Shown: in pieces, positions 1 through 13,140 of the stretch
How the letters are laid out: every line of letters begins with the position of its first letter
Numbering within the stretch: the stretch's first letter is position 1
Source of the DNA: Euprymna scolopes
Lineage: Eukaryota
NCBI GenBank assembly: GCA_053919585.1
Contig: CM132812.1
DNA length: 64,000 bases
Direction: 5' to 3' (one strand)
The notes under the pieces: model-generated
The model's input: the letters and a program-made list of their open reading frames with translations, nothing else
Database searches by the model: none
Told to the model about the DNA's origin: nothing
Translations under genes and position numbers: made by a program

Positions 1-3000
1 GTAAGGTGTTGGAACCCCTTGTTCCCTTAGCGTCCATTAGACTGGATTGCGAACTTAAATTGACTACCATACTTGGAGACTGTAATAGGCACTTTAAGGA
101 AGTAAAATTGGAGGTGAGTGCTGGATCTCATTCTCCATATTCTCTTCCTGTACTAGTACAGGAGGATCTGGATATATCTGTGCACATTGAGGAGTTAGAC
201 ACTCTTTTAGATGGGTTCCAACGTCATAATTGCCCCCTAACGGGTAGATTTGAGAGAGGCACAAACTTCATTCCAATTCATGGAATAATTGGATTGGATT
301 TTATTCAAAGCTTGGGAACTCTCCAACTGGTTCCTTGTTTGTATGGACAAGCCTTTATTACTCCAACAGGACTGGTTCCCTTTGGTGAGGTGAAGCAGTT
401 CCTTGATTTAGACCATTCTCTGGATGCGAACCCAGAGAGCCTTACATTCAATTCTGTTCTAGCATCAACGGCTGAAGTCAACCCTGCTCACCTTTGTTTC
501 GTGCTGGAGTCACAGAGCAAGTACGAGGATCCACTTAGTGATTTTTTTCCCCGACAGTGACGTGCAAAGGGGGTTGGAGAAAATATTTGGGGTGGAGTCA
601 CTGGGAATAACAGAACAAGGATTAACAGATTATGATGAGCGGAAGATTGCGCTCTTCCAACAACCCATCCTGTTTAAAGATAAGTATTATGTCCAGTTGC
701 CCTGGGAGGAAGATAAAATATCGCGTGCCCCATCCAACCATGCTGTCGCCTTGTGCATATTAGAACATGTAGCACGAAACCTGGAGAGGAAACAGCCTTA
801 CCAGGACTATCTGCAGGTTTTTCAGCAGCAAGAACGGGAGGGTATAATAGGAGATTTTTGTGCCTCTTCAGAGATTTAACGAATTTATTTGGATTCCGCA
901 TAGACCAATTGTGAAATCGGACCTGACTACGACCACCAAAATTCAGCCAGTATTCAACTGCAGCCTCAAAGTTGGGGACTCTCCATCTTTGAATGAAGCT
1001 ACTTACCAGGGAGTAAACTTAACTGACCTATTGGATTTGCTACTCACTTTCCGCTCCAATAATCATGTGTTGGCGGACATCAAGAAGGCCTTTTTGATGA
1101 TCCGCCTGAAGCTGGAGTCGGATAAGAACAAGTTCTGTTTTTTTTTTGAAGGACAGTGAACGACTACGTTGTTTTAGGTACAACACAATCATTTTTGGAT
1201 TTGCTTCCAGTCCATTTATTTTAAACTATGTTCTCCGGTATCATGCTGCACAGTTTCCTATGGATAACTGCAGATTTATGATGGAAAATCGTTTTTATGT
1301 GGATAATCTCATCATGTCTAGTGATAGTCCAGAGGAGCAGTGTGGATTATACACTCTCTCGGGAGCGGTTACATCAGGGAGGCTTCGAACTGCAGTCATA
1401 CAATTCTGACCATGCAGGAATTCGAAGCAAGATGGAGGAGCATGGTACACTGAGTGTCCATGGCAGTGGTTGGGAAAAGGTACTTGGTTATCGGTACTGT
1501 CCTCTCTCTGACACCCTTCAATTGGCTGCAGTTGAGTGCAACCCTGATGCTTCTACTAAAAGACAAATTCTCGGGGAGACCGCGAGAGTCTATGATCCTT
1601 TATCGTTGTGCTTGCCTGTTTCATTGCGAGGTCGAATTCTGCTAAGCAGGCTTTGGGAGAAAGGATTAGGGTGGGATATGCCGGTTCCACCTGAATTTTT
1701 TTCCTTATGGAAGAAACTTTCTTCAGATCTTTCTGGATTGGGGACCATTTCCTTTCCCCGTAGGGCACTCAGTGAGAGTGAACCTGGCGAACTCTTCCTA
1801 TTTTGTGACGCCTCACTGGAAGCCTATGGGTTCGCGGCATATGTGGTTCAGAAGTGTCGATCTTGTTTGGTATTTGCAAAAAAATTTGAAAAAGAAAACA
1901 CTTCCTACTCTGGAGCTCATGGCTGTGTTCCTGGCCATGATTCTAAGAAATTTTGGAGGATTCACTCCTGAAATTCATGTGGCCACAGATTCTCAAGTGA
2001 TCCTTTCTTGGCTTATTTCGGGAACCATCACGAGCAAGAACCTGTTTGCCTGAAATAGATGAGCGTTGAATTAGAAGCCACCCTCAACTTGTATCGCTCA
2101 TTTCTGTACATTCCAACGGCAGAGAAATCCGCTGATTTGATCGCAAGGGGAATGACGCTGGAAAGGTTCAAAACCCGCTTCCAGTTCTGGTGCTATGGTC
2201 CGGGTTGGTTGAGTGGCGGAACCACTCCTTGGGCTACTCAAGACTTGGCGTGCCTCAACAAACGCAGCCAAGGTATAGCTCATGCGTCTTGGAATGCTGC
2301 GATCCTCCATGGAGAGGAAACACCTACTGTTCTGCCCCTGAAAAGGTTCTCTTCATTTAATAAACTCTTAAGAGTGACTTCCTTAGTCCTGAAATTTATC
2401 AATCGCTTGCGTCGGTTAGAAGTCGACAGTGAAAAAATGGCAGCAGTTTTGCTTATGCGGACGATGCAACGCCAGGTATATGCTGAGGAACTAGATTTTT
2501 TGCTAGATCCCTCGGGCAAGACGGTACCTGGGTTGGTGCGGGACCTTGATTTGTTTATTGATGAAGGTCTAATCAGGTCAGGTGGCAGAATTGGTAGATC
2601 TCTCCACTTTAGCAGGAAGGTTAAACACCCTATTCTGTTGGCAAAGAGTCACCCGATTACCAAGCTTATCATAATGGATGCGCATGCTAGGTGCCAGCAC
2701 TTAGGGATTGCATCCACTTTAGCGGAACTGAGACGTTGTGGTTACTGGGTGCCAAAAGGCAGACAGGCAGTGAAGACGATCCTTACTTCATGCGCACTGT
2801 GCCGAAGGTACAATGCCAGACAAGTCTTGCCACCCAATGTAGTTAACCTGCCCGTATCTCGTATTGAACTGGAAGTTCCCTTCAAGCATACGGGAGTGGA
2901 TTTCACCGGTCACCTTTGGGTTAGGCAAGGTGGTAAGGAGGTGAAAATGTATCTACTGATCTTCACGTGTCTCAGTGTCAGAGCTATACACATTGAAGTG

Positions 3001-4067
3001 CTACCTGACATGAGTGTGTTGGCCTTTCTGCAGGCATTGGTGCGGTTCACAAACCTGTATGGCATCCCATCTATGGTGATAATGCTAAAACTTTCGTAGG
3101 AGGCGGTCGATTGTTTAAAAGGTTGATGCTAAACCATGATTACCAACAGAAGTTTGGCTCCTGTTCTATTAAGTTCTGCCCCATTCCACTTTACTCACCT
3201 TGGGTGGGAGGTGTTTGGGAGAGGAGTATCCAGACGATTAAGAATTGTCTTTACAAGGTGGTTGGTAGAGGTGAGATGGATTATTTTTAGTTACTTACCA
3301 TCATATCGGACATCCAAAGAGCTATCAATAACCGCCCTCTGACTTATCGAGAATCTACAGAGAAAGAGCTAGAGGCAGTAACTCCTAACATGTTTTTGCG
3401 GCATAATAAGAGTCCTGGGTTGCTTTTAGATCTGAACAATGAGGATTTTGCCTCCCACCTCCCACCTAGCCGAGAAAGGCTGCTCAGGACCATGCAGTTT
3501 CGGGACCAGTGCCTGGAGAGTTTCCGCACTCTGTGGTATAATGAGTACCTGTTGAGCCTCCGGGAGAAACCCCAGGGGCGTTCTAGAGTGCCCTTCCAAA
3601 ACAGATTAAAGGTTGGAGATGTGGTATTGGTGAGGAACCCACATAAGCCTCGGCCGTTTTGGGTTCTTGGGATCATTTTGGAGATGTTTTACAGAGACGA
3701 TGGGGTAATCAGGTCAGCCAGGGTAAAAGAGGGGGGTGGTGCGGTGCGTATTCACTCGTTAAAAAACCTATTCCCCCTTGAATTATCCTTAAGTGGAGAG
3801 GATCAAGATGGATCCATACCTGCACCTGTTGATAGGCCTGAGGATGGGATTAACGTTATTCCTTCTCAATCAACACCTGCCAACGAAGTAATATGCGGTT
3901 CTCCACAAGGTGATCAGGACATGATTTGTTGCGACGGATGTGATGACTGGTGTCACTTCCAGTGTGTGGGAATCGAGTTTCCACCTCCTGCCAGACAGAA
4001 ATGGTATTGTCCTAGTTGTGCACCCCAGAGACGGCGGCGAGGTAGACCTAGCCTCCTCCCTGAATAA
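1..4067 (+). mobile_element. BEL/Pao LTR retrotransposon, degenerate pol (protease-RT-RNaseH-integrase-DUF5641-like-PHD); runs off the 5' edge
   Basis: Successive frameshifted ORFs give: protease-like IHGIIGLDF; RT motifs SLNE, ADIKKAFLMI, FGFASSPFIL, YVDN; Pao RNaseH FCDAS..AYG, TLPTLELMA, TDSQVILSW; integrase HHCC (HARCQH..CALC), PFKHTGVDFTG, GDNAKTF and GGVWER (last two after a frameshift near 3072); INNRPLT and WYNEYLLSLRE typical of BEL C-termini. Several frameshifts and stops. Confidence 0.95.
3888..4067 (+). other. PHD finger plus RRRRGRP (AT-hook/NLS-like) tail at the integrase C-terminus
   Basis: VICGSPQGDQDMICCDGCDDWCHFQCVGIEFPPPARQKWYCPSC matches C4HC3 spacing with one N-terminal Cys missing. 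It is in frame with the integrase WER motif except for one TAG at 3288-3290. Confidence 0.85.
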
Positions 4068-4080
4068 TTAGTAACCAACG

Positions 4081-4114
<34 letters not shown>

Positions 4115-4195
4115 ATACTAACAGGTTAACTTCCTTGAGTAAGTGCATGCCTTATATTTTTTTGTTTTCCTTTATTTTCTTTTTTTTTCTTTCCT

Positions 4196-5099
4196 GGGGA
4201 ATGTGTGAAAAATAAAAGGGGGGGGGGATTAATGATTGCTTAAGGTGTGCACATTGCTTCCTTTCCTCGACTGAGCAGTCATTGGATTTTAAGGGAAAAT
4301 TAACTTTTTTTCACAATACAAGATAGAATTACAGAAACACCTAACTTGGTTTAATGTAGCATTTAAAATTCCTAGTGAACCTAGAGCTTATATAATTTTT
4401 AAATCCTTCTTTCGTCACATTGTTTTTAGAAGTAATTTAGATCTAAAGTTTTTTTTTTAGACGTGAAAAAAAAAGTTTTTATTGTTTTACTAAGTTTAAT
4501 ATAATCTTCCGTTTTTTTTAGAACCGCAAATCAATGTTTTTGTCAGTTCCTTAACTCATTATTATAATCGTTAGCTTCATACTTCTCCAAATTACTCATT
4601 TATCACATTTTATTTTTTACATTTAAATATTATCAAGTTTTAACTAGACGTAAATAATGAAGTTTTTATTGTTTTACTAACTTTCACATAATCCCATTTT
4701 TTTTTAAAACTCCAAATCCATGTTTAATTGTACATATTCTATCCTGGATCCTGAATTCAGGATTTGATTGATTTCTCATTCGTTCCTTGAACCCGCGAAA
4801 TCTAAATAAAAGCTAAAATTAAATTAGAATATCCTTAAAAAGTGAGACTCGTTTAAAATAGTGCCCCCAAAATAGGCTAAAAACTAAGTTATAGGAAGAT
4901 GTTCTTGACTGTAAGGGTTGTACGAAACTAAAAACTAAGTATAAATACGAGCTCCATTTGATATGGAGGGGAAAAAAAACGTGTTCACAACGGATTGAAA
5001 AACTAGTTGGGAATAGTTGTAAGCGTCTCTGAGGAGTGACTGGATGGAAGATTTGCAGTTCTATGGACGAGAGGTAATTGTCCATCCTTTAACGAAACA
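4196..5099 (+). repeat. Putative polypurine tract and 3' LTR of the BEL element (end uncertain)
   Basis: GGGGAA followed by TGTG at 4196-4205, shortly after the pol stop; possible ...AACA end at 5099. The 5' LTR is outside the window, so this cannot be confirmed. Confidence 0.3.
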
Positions 5100-6634
5100 T
5101 CTGTAAGAGCTTAACGCCAAAATAAGTGAATTTCTATTCATGTAGGTAGTGATTTTATTCAATTTACGTATATATGCTCTGAAAACTTTTGAAAATGTAT
5201 TAAGCTGAGATTATAATAGAGTTGGTATTATAGACAATTATATTCTAAACTTGCAACAGAAAGGAATTGTCGATAAAATAATATATATAAAATATATATA
5301 TATTATATATATATATATTATATATTATATATATTTTTGTTTTGACCAATGAAAATAAAGACAAATTCAAAGAAAAGTTAGTTTTTTTTTCAAGTCAAAC
5401 CAAATGGAGTCAGAAATGAAGTTTATCGTATCAAAAAAAAAAAAAAAAAAAAAAAGGAGGGGGGGGTAAAATGTTTAAGGGTATGACTCCCATAATTTCG
5501 ATCGTTTTTATAACCATGCTTATGAGAATCAACCAATGAAAACCTTCAAATTTTATTATAAAAAAATATCGAATTTTGGATTGAATTCAGTTCGCTGCCA
5601 ATCTGTCTCGAAAAGACCGAATCATGACTGGATTGTTTCTTTGCCACTATCTTTGTTACTAAGAATTACTCAACACTCAAGATCGTTATTGGATTGCTTC
5701 ACCGAATTGATTTACTGCCACCATCTTTGTTCAACATAAAGTCTCAACACTTGACAATAACAGTGAGCAAAATAAGCACATTAAGGGTATCAAAACAATC
5801 TTGATTTGAATAAAAATCCTTCAATTCTGTTTACATCTAATTCATATTATGTGTAGGAAAACAGACATTTTGAAAAATTATTTTATTTTCTATGCACTGA
5901 TCAAGCCCAAGTTGCACAAATTATAATTGATCAAATGTTATATACTTATAACAACACTGGGGGCTGAAACAATTGTATGCAAGGTGTTACCAATAAAATA
6001 AACATTTTAAAAGCAAGTAAATACTTGTCGATTCTTTAACATGAGATATATATATGCAGAATTTTTTCTTTGATGCATGCTTGAAATTTATTGAGAAAAT
6101 CAAACATTGCCATTCTTGCGGTCTCAAATTGCAGTGTATGCCTCCCCATCGTTGAAGGCCTGCTCATTCGAGCAAATAAACCCACCATCAACCAAGGTTT
6201 GAAAGGAAAGGGTATACTTAAATACTTTATAAATGCTTTTGAAACTGTATTAAATAAACAGTCAATACGTTCACAATTTTTAATTTTGTAACACATCGCA
6301 TGCCTGACGAATTACTCATGAATTAATTCAGAAACAGTTGAATTTCATGAACTGGAAGACTATCACTGGTGTATCCGATGAATAGTTTTGGAATTAAATC
6401 TTATTAAGTTGATGTATATGGATTAAACATTAATTTCTATCCTAAATTGACAGGATTATTGTATAAAAGTTTGATGTGAATTAAAAGATTTTCTTTTTGA
6501 AAACAAAGAACAAAAAGTCAGTTAATGTTGTATGACTTATTTCACATGGTTCTTTCTGGTATATAGTCTAGTGGAGATAAACTCAATTGTGTCTCAAACA
6601 TGTTTACAACATCAATGAAAGATGAGGCAACTAT

Positions 6635-7109
6635 NNNNNNNNNNNNNNNNNNNNNNNNNNNNNNNNNNNNNNNNNNNNNNNNNNNNNNNNNNNNNNNNNN
6701 NNNNNNNNNNNNNNNNNNNNNNNNNNNNNNNNNNNNNNNNNNNNNNNNNNNNNNNNNNNNNNNNNNNNNNNNNNNNNNNNNNNNNNNNNNNNNNNNNNNN
6801 NNNNNNNNNNNNNNNNNNNNNNNNNNNNNNNNNNNNNNNNNNNNNNNNNNNNNNNNNNNNNNNNNNNNNNNNNNNNNNNNNNNNNNNNNNNNNNNNNNNN
6901 NNNNNNNNNNNNNNNNNNNNNNNNNNNNNNNNNNNNNNNNNNNNNNNNNNNNNNNNNNNNNNNNNNNNNNNNNNNNNNNNNNNNNNNNNNNNNNNNNNNN
7001 NNNNNNNNNNNNNNNNNNNNNNNNNNNNNNNNNNNNNNNNNNNNNNNNNNNNNNNNNNNNNNNNNNNNNNNNNNNNNNNNNNNNNNNNNNNNNNNNNNNN
7101 NNNNNNNNN
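6635..7109. other. Assembly gap (475 N)
   Basis: Run of N; ORFs crossing it are artefacts. Confidence 1.
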
Positions 7110-7245
7110 TTATCATGTAATAAAGTTTTATTAGTCTGTTTAAACAAAGAAACAAAACAATATGTAGAAGAGGGGGAAGGATGATAATCTAAATACTTCA
7201 GGCATCTATATGACTTCATCTGGTCCCAATTATAAGACTTTCATA

Positions 7246-8702
7246 CTCGTGCTGGTCAAAATAATAGAACACATGTAAATTCAGTTTGGGATAATTTTCA
7301 GCTTGTAAATTGTACATGCGAGATATATTTAAATAACAATTGCAACTATTTTTAATCATTTTAGGAGGTGCATATGGCAGACAATGAGTATTTGTCACAT
7401 TAGAAAGGCAATGTTTCAATTTAATAGAACATTTTGTCGTTGAGTAATCTTAAACTCAAACAATTTTGCAAATATTGTTTAAAAAGATTTTGAAAGCGAT
7501 TTAATAATACTGTATAAGTATGGGTCGCTCTAATGACATATCTTTGCCTAACCAAAGTGCTCCAGAATGGTTCTGAGGGTGTTTCCAACAGCAATCGCAA
7601 GAAATGCAGACGAAAGAAAAACACCACCGAAAGACAAGACCGGGCACTGGACAGGGTGGCAAAGAAAAGTCGATTCCAATCAACAAGTCACATCACTGAA
7701 GCGTGCAAACAGGCTTCTGGTACCGAGGTTTTGAGAAGCACTACCTACCGAAGGCTCCGGCAACTGGAATACCGAAATTGTATAGCTGCCACCAAACCAC
7801 TCCTAAACAAGATGTTGAAGAGGCTGCGATGGGCAACTGCTCGTCAAACCTGGACTGCATACAAATGGCAGCGTGTGACCTTTTCAGATGAGTCTCGATT
7901 TTGTATCTCCTTCGGCGATCAAGGGCTACGTGTTTGGCGAAGAACCACAGAACGGTATAACCAAGAATGCGCTAAGAAGTCTGAACTTCCTACAGTCTTG
8001 CATTGTTTGGGGCTGTAAGTGTGCTAAAGGTGTTGGTAATTTATGCTTCAAAAGGAATTGTAAACGTAAAAGTGTACCAAGCTATTCTGGACGCTAATTT
8101 AGTGCCAGTGTAGGATAACCTGTTTGACAGGGAGGCTACAGACATCATTTTTCAACATGACTTGGCACTGGCACACTCTGCCAAGACCACGTCTTCTTGG
8201 CTCCGATAACGATCGATCCCTTTTCTTGAATGGCCAGCATACTCGCCAGATTTGAACGTTTTTGAAGCCTTGTGAGACCAGATAAAGAGGAAGCTCCACA
8301 AAGCAAAACCTACAACCTTTGCAGCCATGAAGATTGAAATCCAGAACACATGGGATTCGGTATCTACACACGATTGCGATAAACTTGTTGATTCCATGCC
8401 CCGGCGAATTGATGCTGTTATCAAGGCGTAAGGTGCTGCTACTAAATATTGATTAATTTTATTTGTGTTAATAAAAAAAAAACTATTTTGTTTACTTACC
8501 TGCATTGTTCTATTATTTTGAAACACGAAATATTCAGAAACTGACATTGCAATTGATATGAAAAAAAGAATTATGTCGTAAAACAACTATTTCAGTTAGT
8601 TTAGCATGATAGGGATATTTTAGCACCAATTACATCTCACAGATTGTCCTCAATAAGAATTTAGCGCCAAAAACATGTTCTATTTTTTTTGACCAGCACG
8701 AG
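7246..8702 (+). mobile_element. Tc1-family DNA transposon (DD34E), degenerate
   Basis: ~26 bp TIRs (CTCGTGCTGGTCAAAATAATAGAACA / TGTTCTATTTTTTTTGACCAGCACGAG) flanked by TA at 7244-45 and 8703-04. Transposase remnants KPLLN, W.RVTFSDESRF, FQHD, WPAYSPDLNVFE with stops and frameshifts. Confidence 0.92.
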
Positions 8703-8960
8703 TAGAAACGAAATTCCAAAAACAATTGGTTAAAAAATTGGCAATCACTAGAACATCTGGCTACATCCTCCCCAGTCAATTTTTTATAAAAAAAATTCCT
8801 CATAACTGGCCAGTGTATGCTCCATCATAATGAAGGGTCTAGGACTGTTGCTTATTAGTAGCTGCCCCTTAGCTAGTAAGCTCTCTAGGACTGGGGGTTT
8901 TGCACACAGCACCTTTTTTTCCCCAATATACCTGCACTAGCAGATGTCAAGATATAACAA

Positions 8961-8994
<34 letters not shown>

Positions 8995-9281
8995 AAACAA
9001 CTCAAATTATATTCTGAACAATGCTCACTTGTATAAAATAAAGTGTACATACATACGCACACACCTCTTTAAATGGCCATGTTTCGATCCCAGCTTGAGA
9101 CCATTGCTCTAAAGAGCTGCAATATAGCAAAATAGTGCTTGTGGATGACTAAAATATGCTCCTTATCTCGAGTTGAGCATACTGGTAAGTGAAATAAACT
9201 ACCACTAGTGTATAAAGGCAATGATTTTGGTCAAAGTTTCTGGCAATATGTGATTTCACAGTTTTACCGTTTACGCAAAAC

Positions 9282-10200
9282 TTAACCCTTATCCTAGAGT
9301 TGTCTCCAGACCTTCATAAGTGGTGACATCAAATATGCAAGTTAAAAAAAAAAAAAAAGTGAAGATATGAGAAGTGTGAAGATGCAGTTTCATGCCTTAA
9401 GACATGTATATTTGAATTCAGCACCATGGAAAACTACTATATAGACATACTTATCAAGTTCCTGAGTAATATGAAAAAATGAGCTCCAAAAAGGCCTGTT
9501 ATTAATGAGCTCCAAAAAGGCCTGTTATTTTAGCCCTAAAAGTCCCAGAGGGATGCGAACCAGAATTTTGCCAGCATCACTCCTACTGAATTTATATTAA
9601 GAACAATGGCCTCCACATCTTGGCCAAGTTTCAGGAAAATCTAATGGATGGATCAAATGCTATGGGGCAAAAAGTGTCATTTTTGGCCATTTTTGACCTC
9701 TTTTGAGCCCCTTGTGAAGCCGAATCCCAGTGTAAATGGATAACGGTGTAGTTTCAGACCTTAACACATGTATATTTGCGTTGACCACCGTGAAAAAAAA
9801 AAAAAACACTATATAGTCAAACATCAAGTTTTTGTTGAGACATGTGAAAAAAAAAAGCCACAAAAGTATTTTTAGCACTGAAAGTTCCCAGGGACACAAA
9901 CCAGAATTTTGCCAGGGTCACCCATACTGGATTTATGTTAAGAACAATCGCTCCACATTTTGACCAAGTTAAAAAAAAAAAAAAAAAAAAAAAACCTAAT
10001 GTATAGATCAAAAGTTATGGGGGGAAAATGTGTAATTTTTGGCCATTTTGGGGGCATTTTTGACTTCTTGAGCTCCTTGGTGCGCAACAGGAATTTTCAC
10101 TTAAATGAAGGAAATCATTTACAGGTAGGGGGGGGGGCTCCTCCAGGTCTGCCAGATATATAAGCGCTGACTATCGTCTAAATGGGAGAATTTCACCCCC
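9282..10200. repeat. Unclassified dispersed repeat with internal duplicated blocks (copy 1; boundaries approximate)
   Basis: Starts TTAACCCTTATCCT. An internal block recurs at ~9530-9680 and ~9870-10060, and a 26-bp unit is tandemly duplicated at 9478-9529. Motifs shared with 12882-13763. Confidence 0.5.
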
Positions 10201-10257
10201 AACATGAGGCAGTTGATTACATAGCTGGCCTGAAGAGTTGTAATACAATAAAACTTG

Positions 10258-10297
<40 letters not shown>

Positions 10298-12300
10298 TAT
10301 TCTAAAATAGATAACAGCAGAGCATTCTAATAAAGGAAGAACCAGTGGCAAAACAGGTTGAATTAAAAAAAACAAAAAAAAACTAACTATAGAGCCAAAA
10401 ATAAAAGCAACCATTATTTTGGGCATTAGTCAGTTGCTGTTTGAACCCCATCCAGATCACAACTATTGAATAATTTTGAGATGTCTCCAATGGATCAGCT
10501 TTATGGTGTTCATAACATCTACATGCACCATCTTGAAAGACTTTCTACTGCTTGACTTTGGAATTTAATTTGTCTTCAATCCCTCTATACTATGAGTGAG
10601 AGGGGGGGTATTTTTTTTTATTTATTTAAAAAAATATTTTTTTCCAAGATGTCAAGGTAAAGTCGTCATTAGTAACACAGAAGTATGAACTCCTTTCAAA
10701 AGTGGCAAAAGGAACTTTTGAGCCAAAAATAAATTTTAATATTGCTCTCTGTGGAGCTCCATTATGTAAAACTTGTGATATTCTAGTAGCATCCAAAGAA
10801 CATGAATCAAATGTGACGAACAATTTATCCTATCTAATCATTCGAAGGTAGATTTATCATGTAAGTCACAAAATTTGATTTATCTGTTCTGTAAAAATTG
10901 TAATCTACAATAACAGGGGAAGTGCTTCCTCTAAATAAACAAATTTACATAGAATTAATAAAATGGCCACAGCTCAATGTTTTTTTTTTTTTAATACAAA
11001 TTATAGAAAAATTTAAAGATAACGGATATAGTAGTTTTTTGTGCTGTGATAATGATATACTTAAGTTGCGTCAAATAAGCAAAATGAAATAAAATACAAA
11101 TAATTTATCCATATAGTCTAAAAGTAAAGAAAAATAACTTGCAAGACCATTCTGAAATGCAAAAAGACAGAATTTGTTATTTCATACGAGGAATTTTAAA
11201 GGTAATTACAAATATTTCAGTCTTTCAATTAGAAAACATTTTAAATCTAATAAAAACGGTTTTGAAGAAAAAAAACTATTACAATCGAATGCAATATATA
11301 GGAAACATTACATCATTCAATTGTATATTATTGAGATAATTGATACTAAATTATACAAACTATTGAGATTTAAAAAAAAAAAAAGTGAACCTCAAAAATG
11401 TAAAGGAACTTTTAGGATCATACACTCACTAATGAACTTAAAATGGAACAAACTCCAATAGTAACAAGTTTAGATGAATCATTCGAAATAAGATTTTCAA
11501 TTTAAAAAATTTGAGAATATAAATAATTCAACAAATGTTCCAGAATGTACCCCCTCCCCTGCTTATGCCATAATTACCGGTAATGTAGGAATAAATAATT
11601 CCTTAATAAAAAGTTCAAAAATATAGAGAACCCAAATGTCTAAATTTGGGTAAATGTGTTAAAGAAAGAAAACTGTCTGGTGCTTTACTTGTGTCCATGG
11701 CAAAAGTCTACAATTGATGCATGGAATAATATATACTAAAATTAGTGGATAAATATGTTAAAAGGTAACAAAAATAAATATTAAATGTAAAAAAAAACAA
11801 AAAATTGAACAAATCTTCTTGGAAATTTACAAGTACTTATGGATTTTTAAACAAGTTTTTAATAGTTAATATTTGAAAAAGATTTGTTAAATGTCTTAAA
11901 CCTGTTAAACGGTGCCAAATAAACACGGAACTACGTTACACGTCTATTTGGCGCCGTTAAGACCAGGCCTTTTCACAAAAAAGGTTCAAAAGAGGGTTAC
12001 CTCAATCGCAAAGAGGAAGAAACACCAGTCTTAAATTAAATCAAATAATTTCCACTCAAAAATTCTATAGCAATATATATTTTGGGTGATAAATAATTCA
12101 TATCTAGTCAAAGAAAAATTAGATTGCATAAATTCTTGTAAAAAGACTAAAATCAAGGGTTTTTTTTTTTTTAGTACTAAAAAGTACCACTAAAATTATT
12201 AAGGTTTAACTTGTGCAGGATGTAAAAGTAAATACGTAAACTTTTTCAAAATCTAAAGCCTTCTGGATTAGTATTTTCAAATTTAGTTTAATACTTCTTG

Positions 12301-12339
<39 letters not shown>

Positions 12340-12559
12340 CTTAAAGAGTTATTTTCAAATCGCGAAGATTGGACATTATAATGTGTAATAGTGGGAGATA
12401 ATTGCGATTCCAAGTTATTTTCATACCAAATTTGGTGCAATGCAATCCTCTACTTGCATGAAAGTCGGATATCTCCTAAAATGGAATACTGTTGCCACAT
12501 ATGCAGAGATACTGTTCATAACACTTGATTACGAAAAAATTTTAAAATAAACTCCTTGA

Positions 12560-12880
12560 TCTATTGCGAGGAGCAATTTCCGACAGAAGAAATCCATGAA
12601 AGATGCTTATGTGAACTCAAATCTTCGGAGTCCCCTTGTAAGACATTCACAGCAAGAACTCACTTTGCTACCACAACGAGAAAATAAATCTTCCTCCATC
12701 CACATGCCTAGCATCAGGCAAAACTTCCACAAACAGAGCTATCTTGCAAGATTACAGCAGGGGTGTTTTCAAATTTAATTTCACCTTTGAATCATTTGCC
12801 GACAGTAATTCAAGCTAGGTCTATCCCTTTCATCTTAATCATCTAAGGTTCTTCATCTCGACTAATTATCATTCCACCTT
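12560..12880 (+). mobile_element. CR1/Jockey-group LINE 3' remnant
   Basis: HMPSIRQNFHKQS...GCF resembles the C-terminal tail of these RT ORFs; heavily decayed. Confidence 0.35.
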
Positions 12881-12881
12881 A

Positions 12882-13105
12882 TTAACCCTTATCCTTGAGT
12901 GACCTTTGGCCTGAAATCGATCTTTTTAGTAAAAAAAAACAAAAATAATTAACATTAATGACTGTAGCCTAAAAATATTTTATCTGTAATAGTACAAAAC
13001 TTATCACTATAACCCAACATAAAAAAATGGGTATAATTATGGAGGTCTTCTCCCAGAATGTTAGGACGCGATTCATAAAAGAACATGAGTGCACAGTGAA
13101 CGAGG

Positions 13106-13140
<35 letters not shown>

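Noticed and set aside
3344-3676. Antisense ORFs within the BEL, Tc1, maT and R2 elements
   Set aside because: Shadows of the sense coding frames.
6036-6296. Overlapping ORFs on both strands
   Set aside because: No recognisable motif or convincing splice-site pair; could be a decayed exon but unsupported.
6542-7219. Long ORFs of 170-225 aa
   Set aside because: Artefacts of translating through the N gap.
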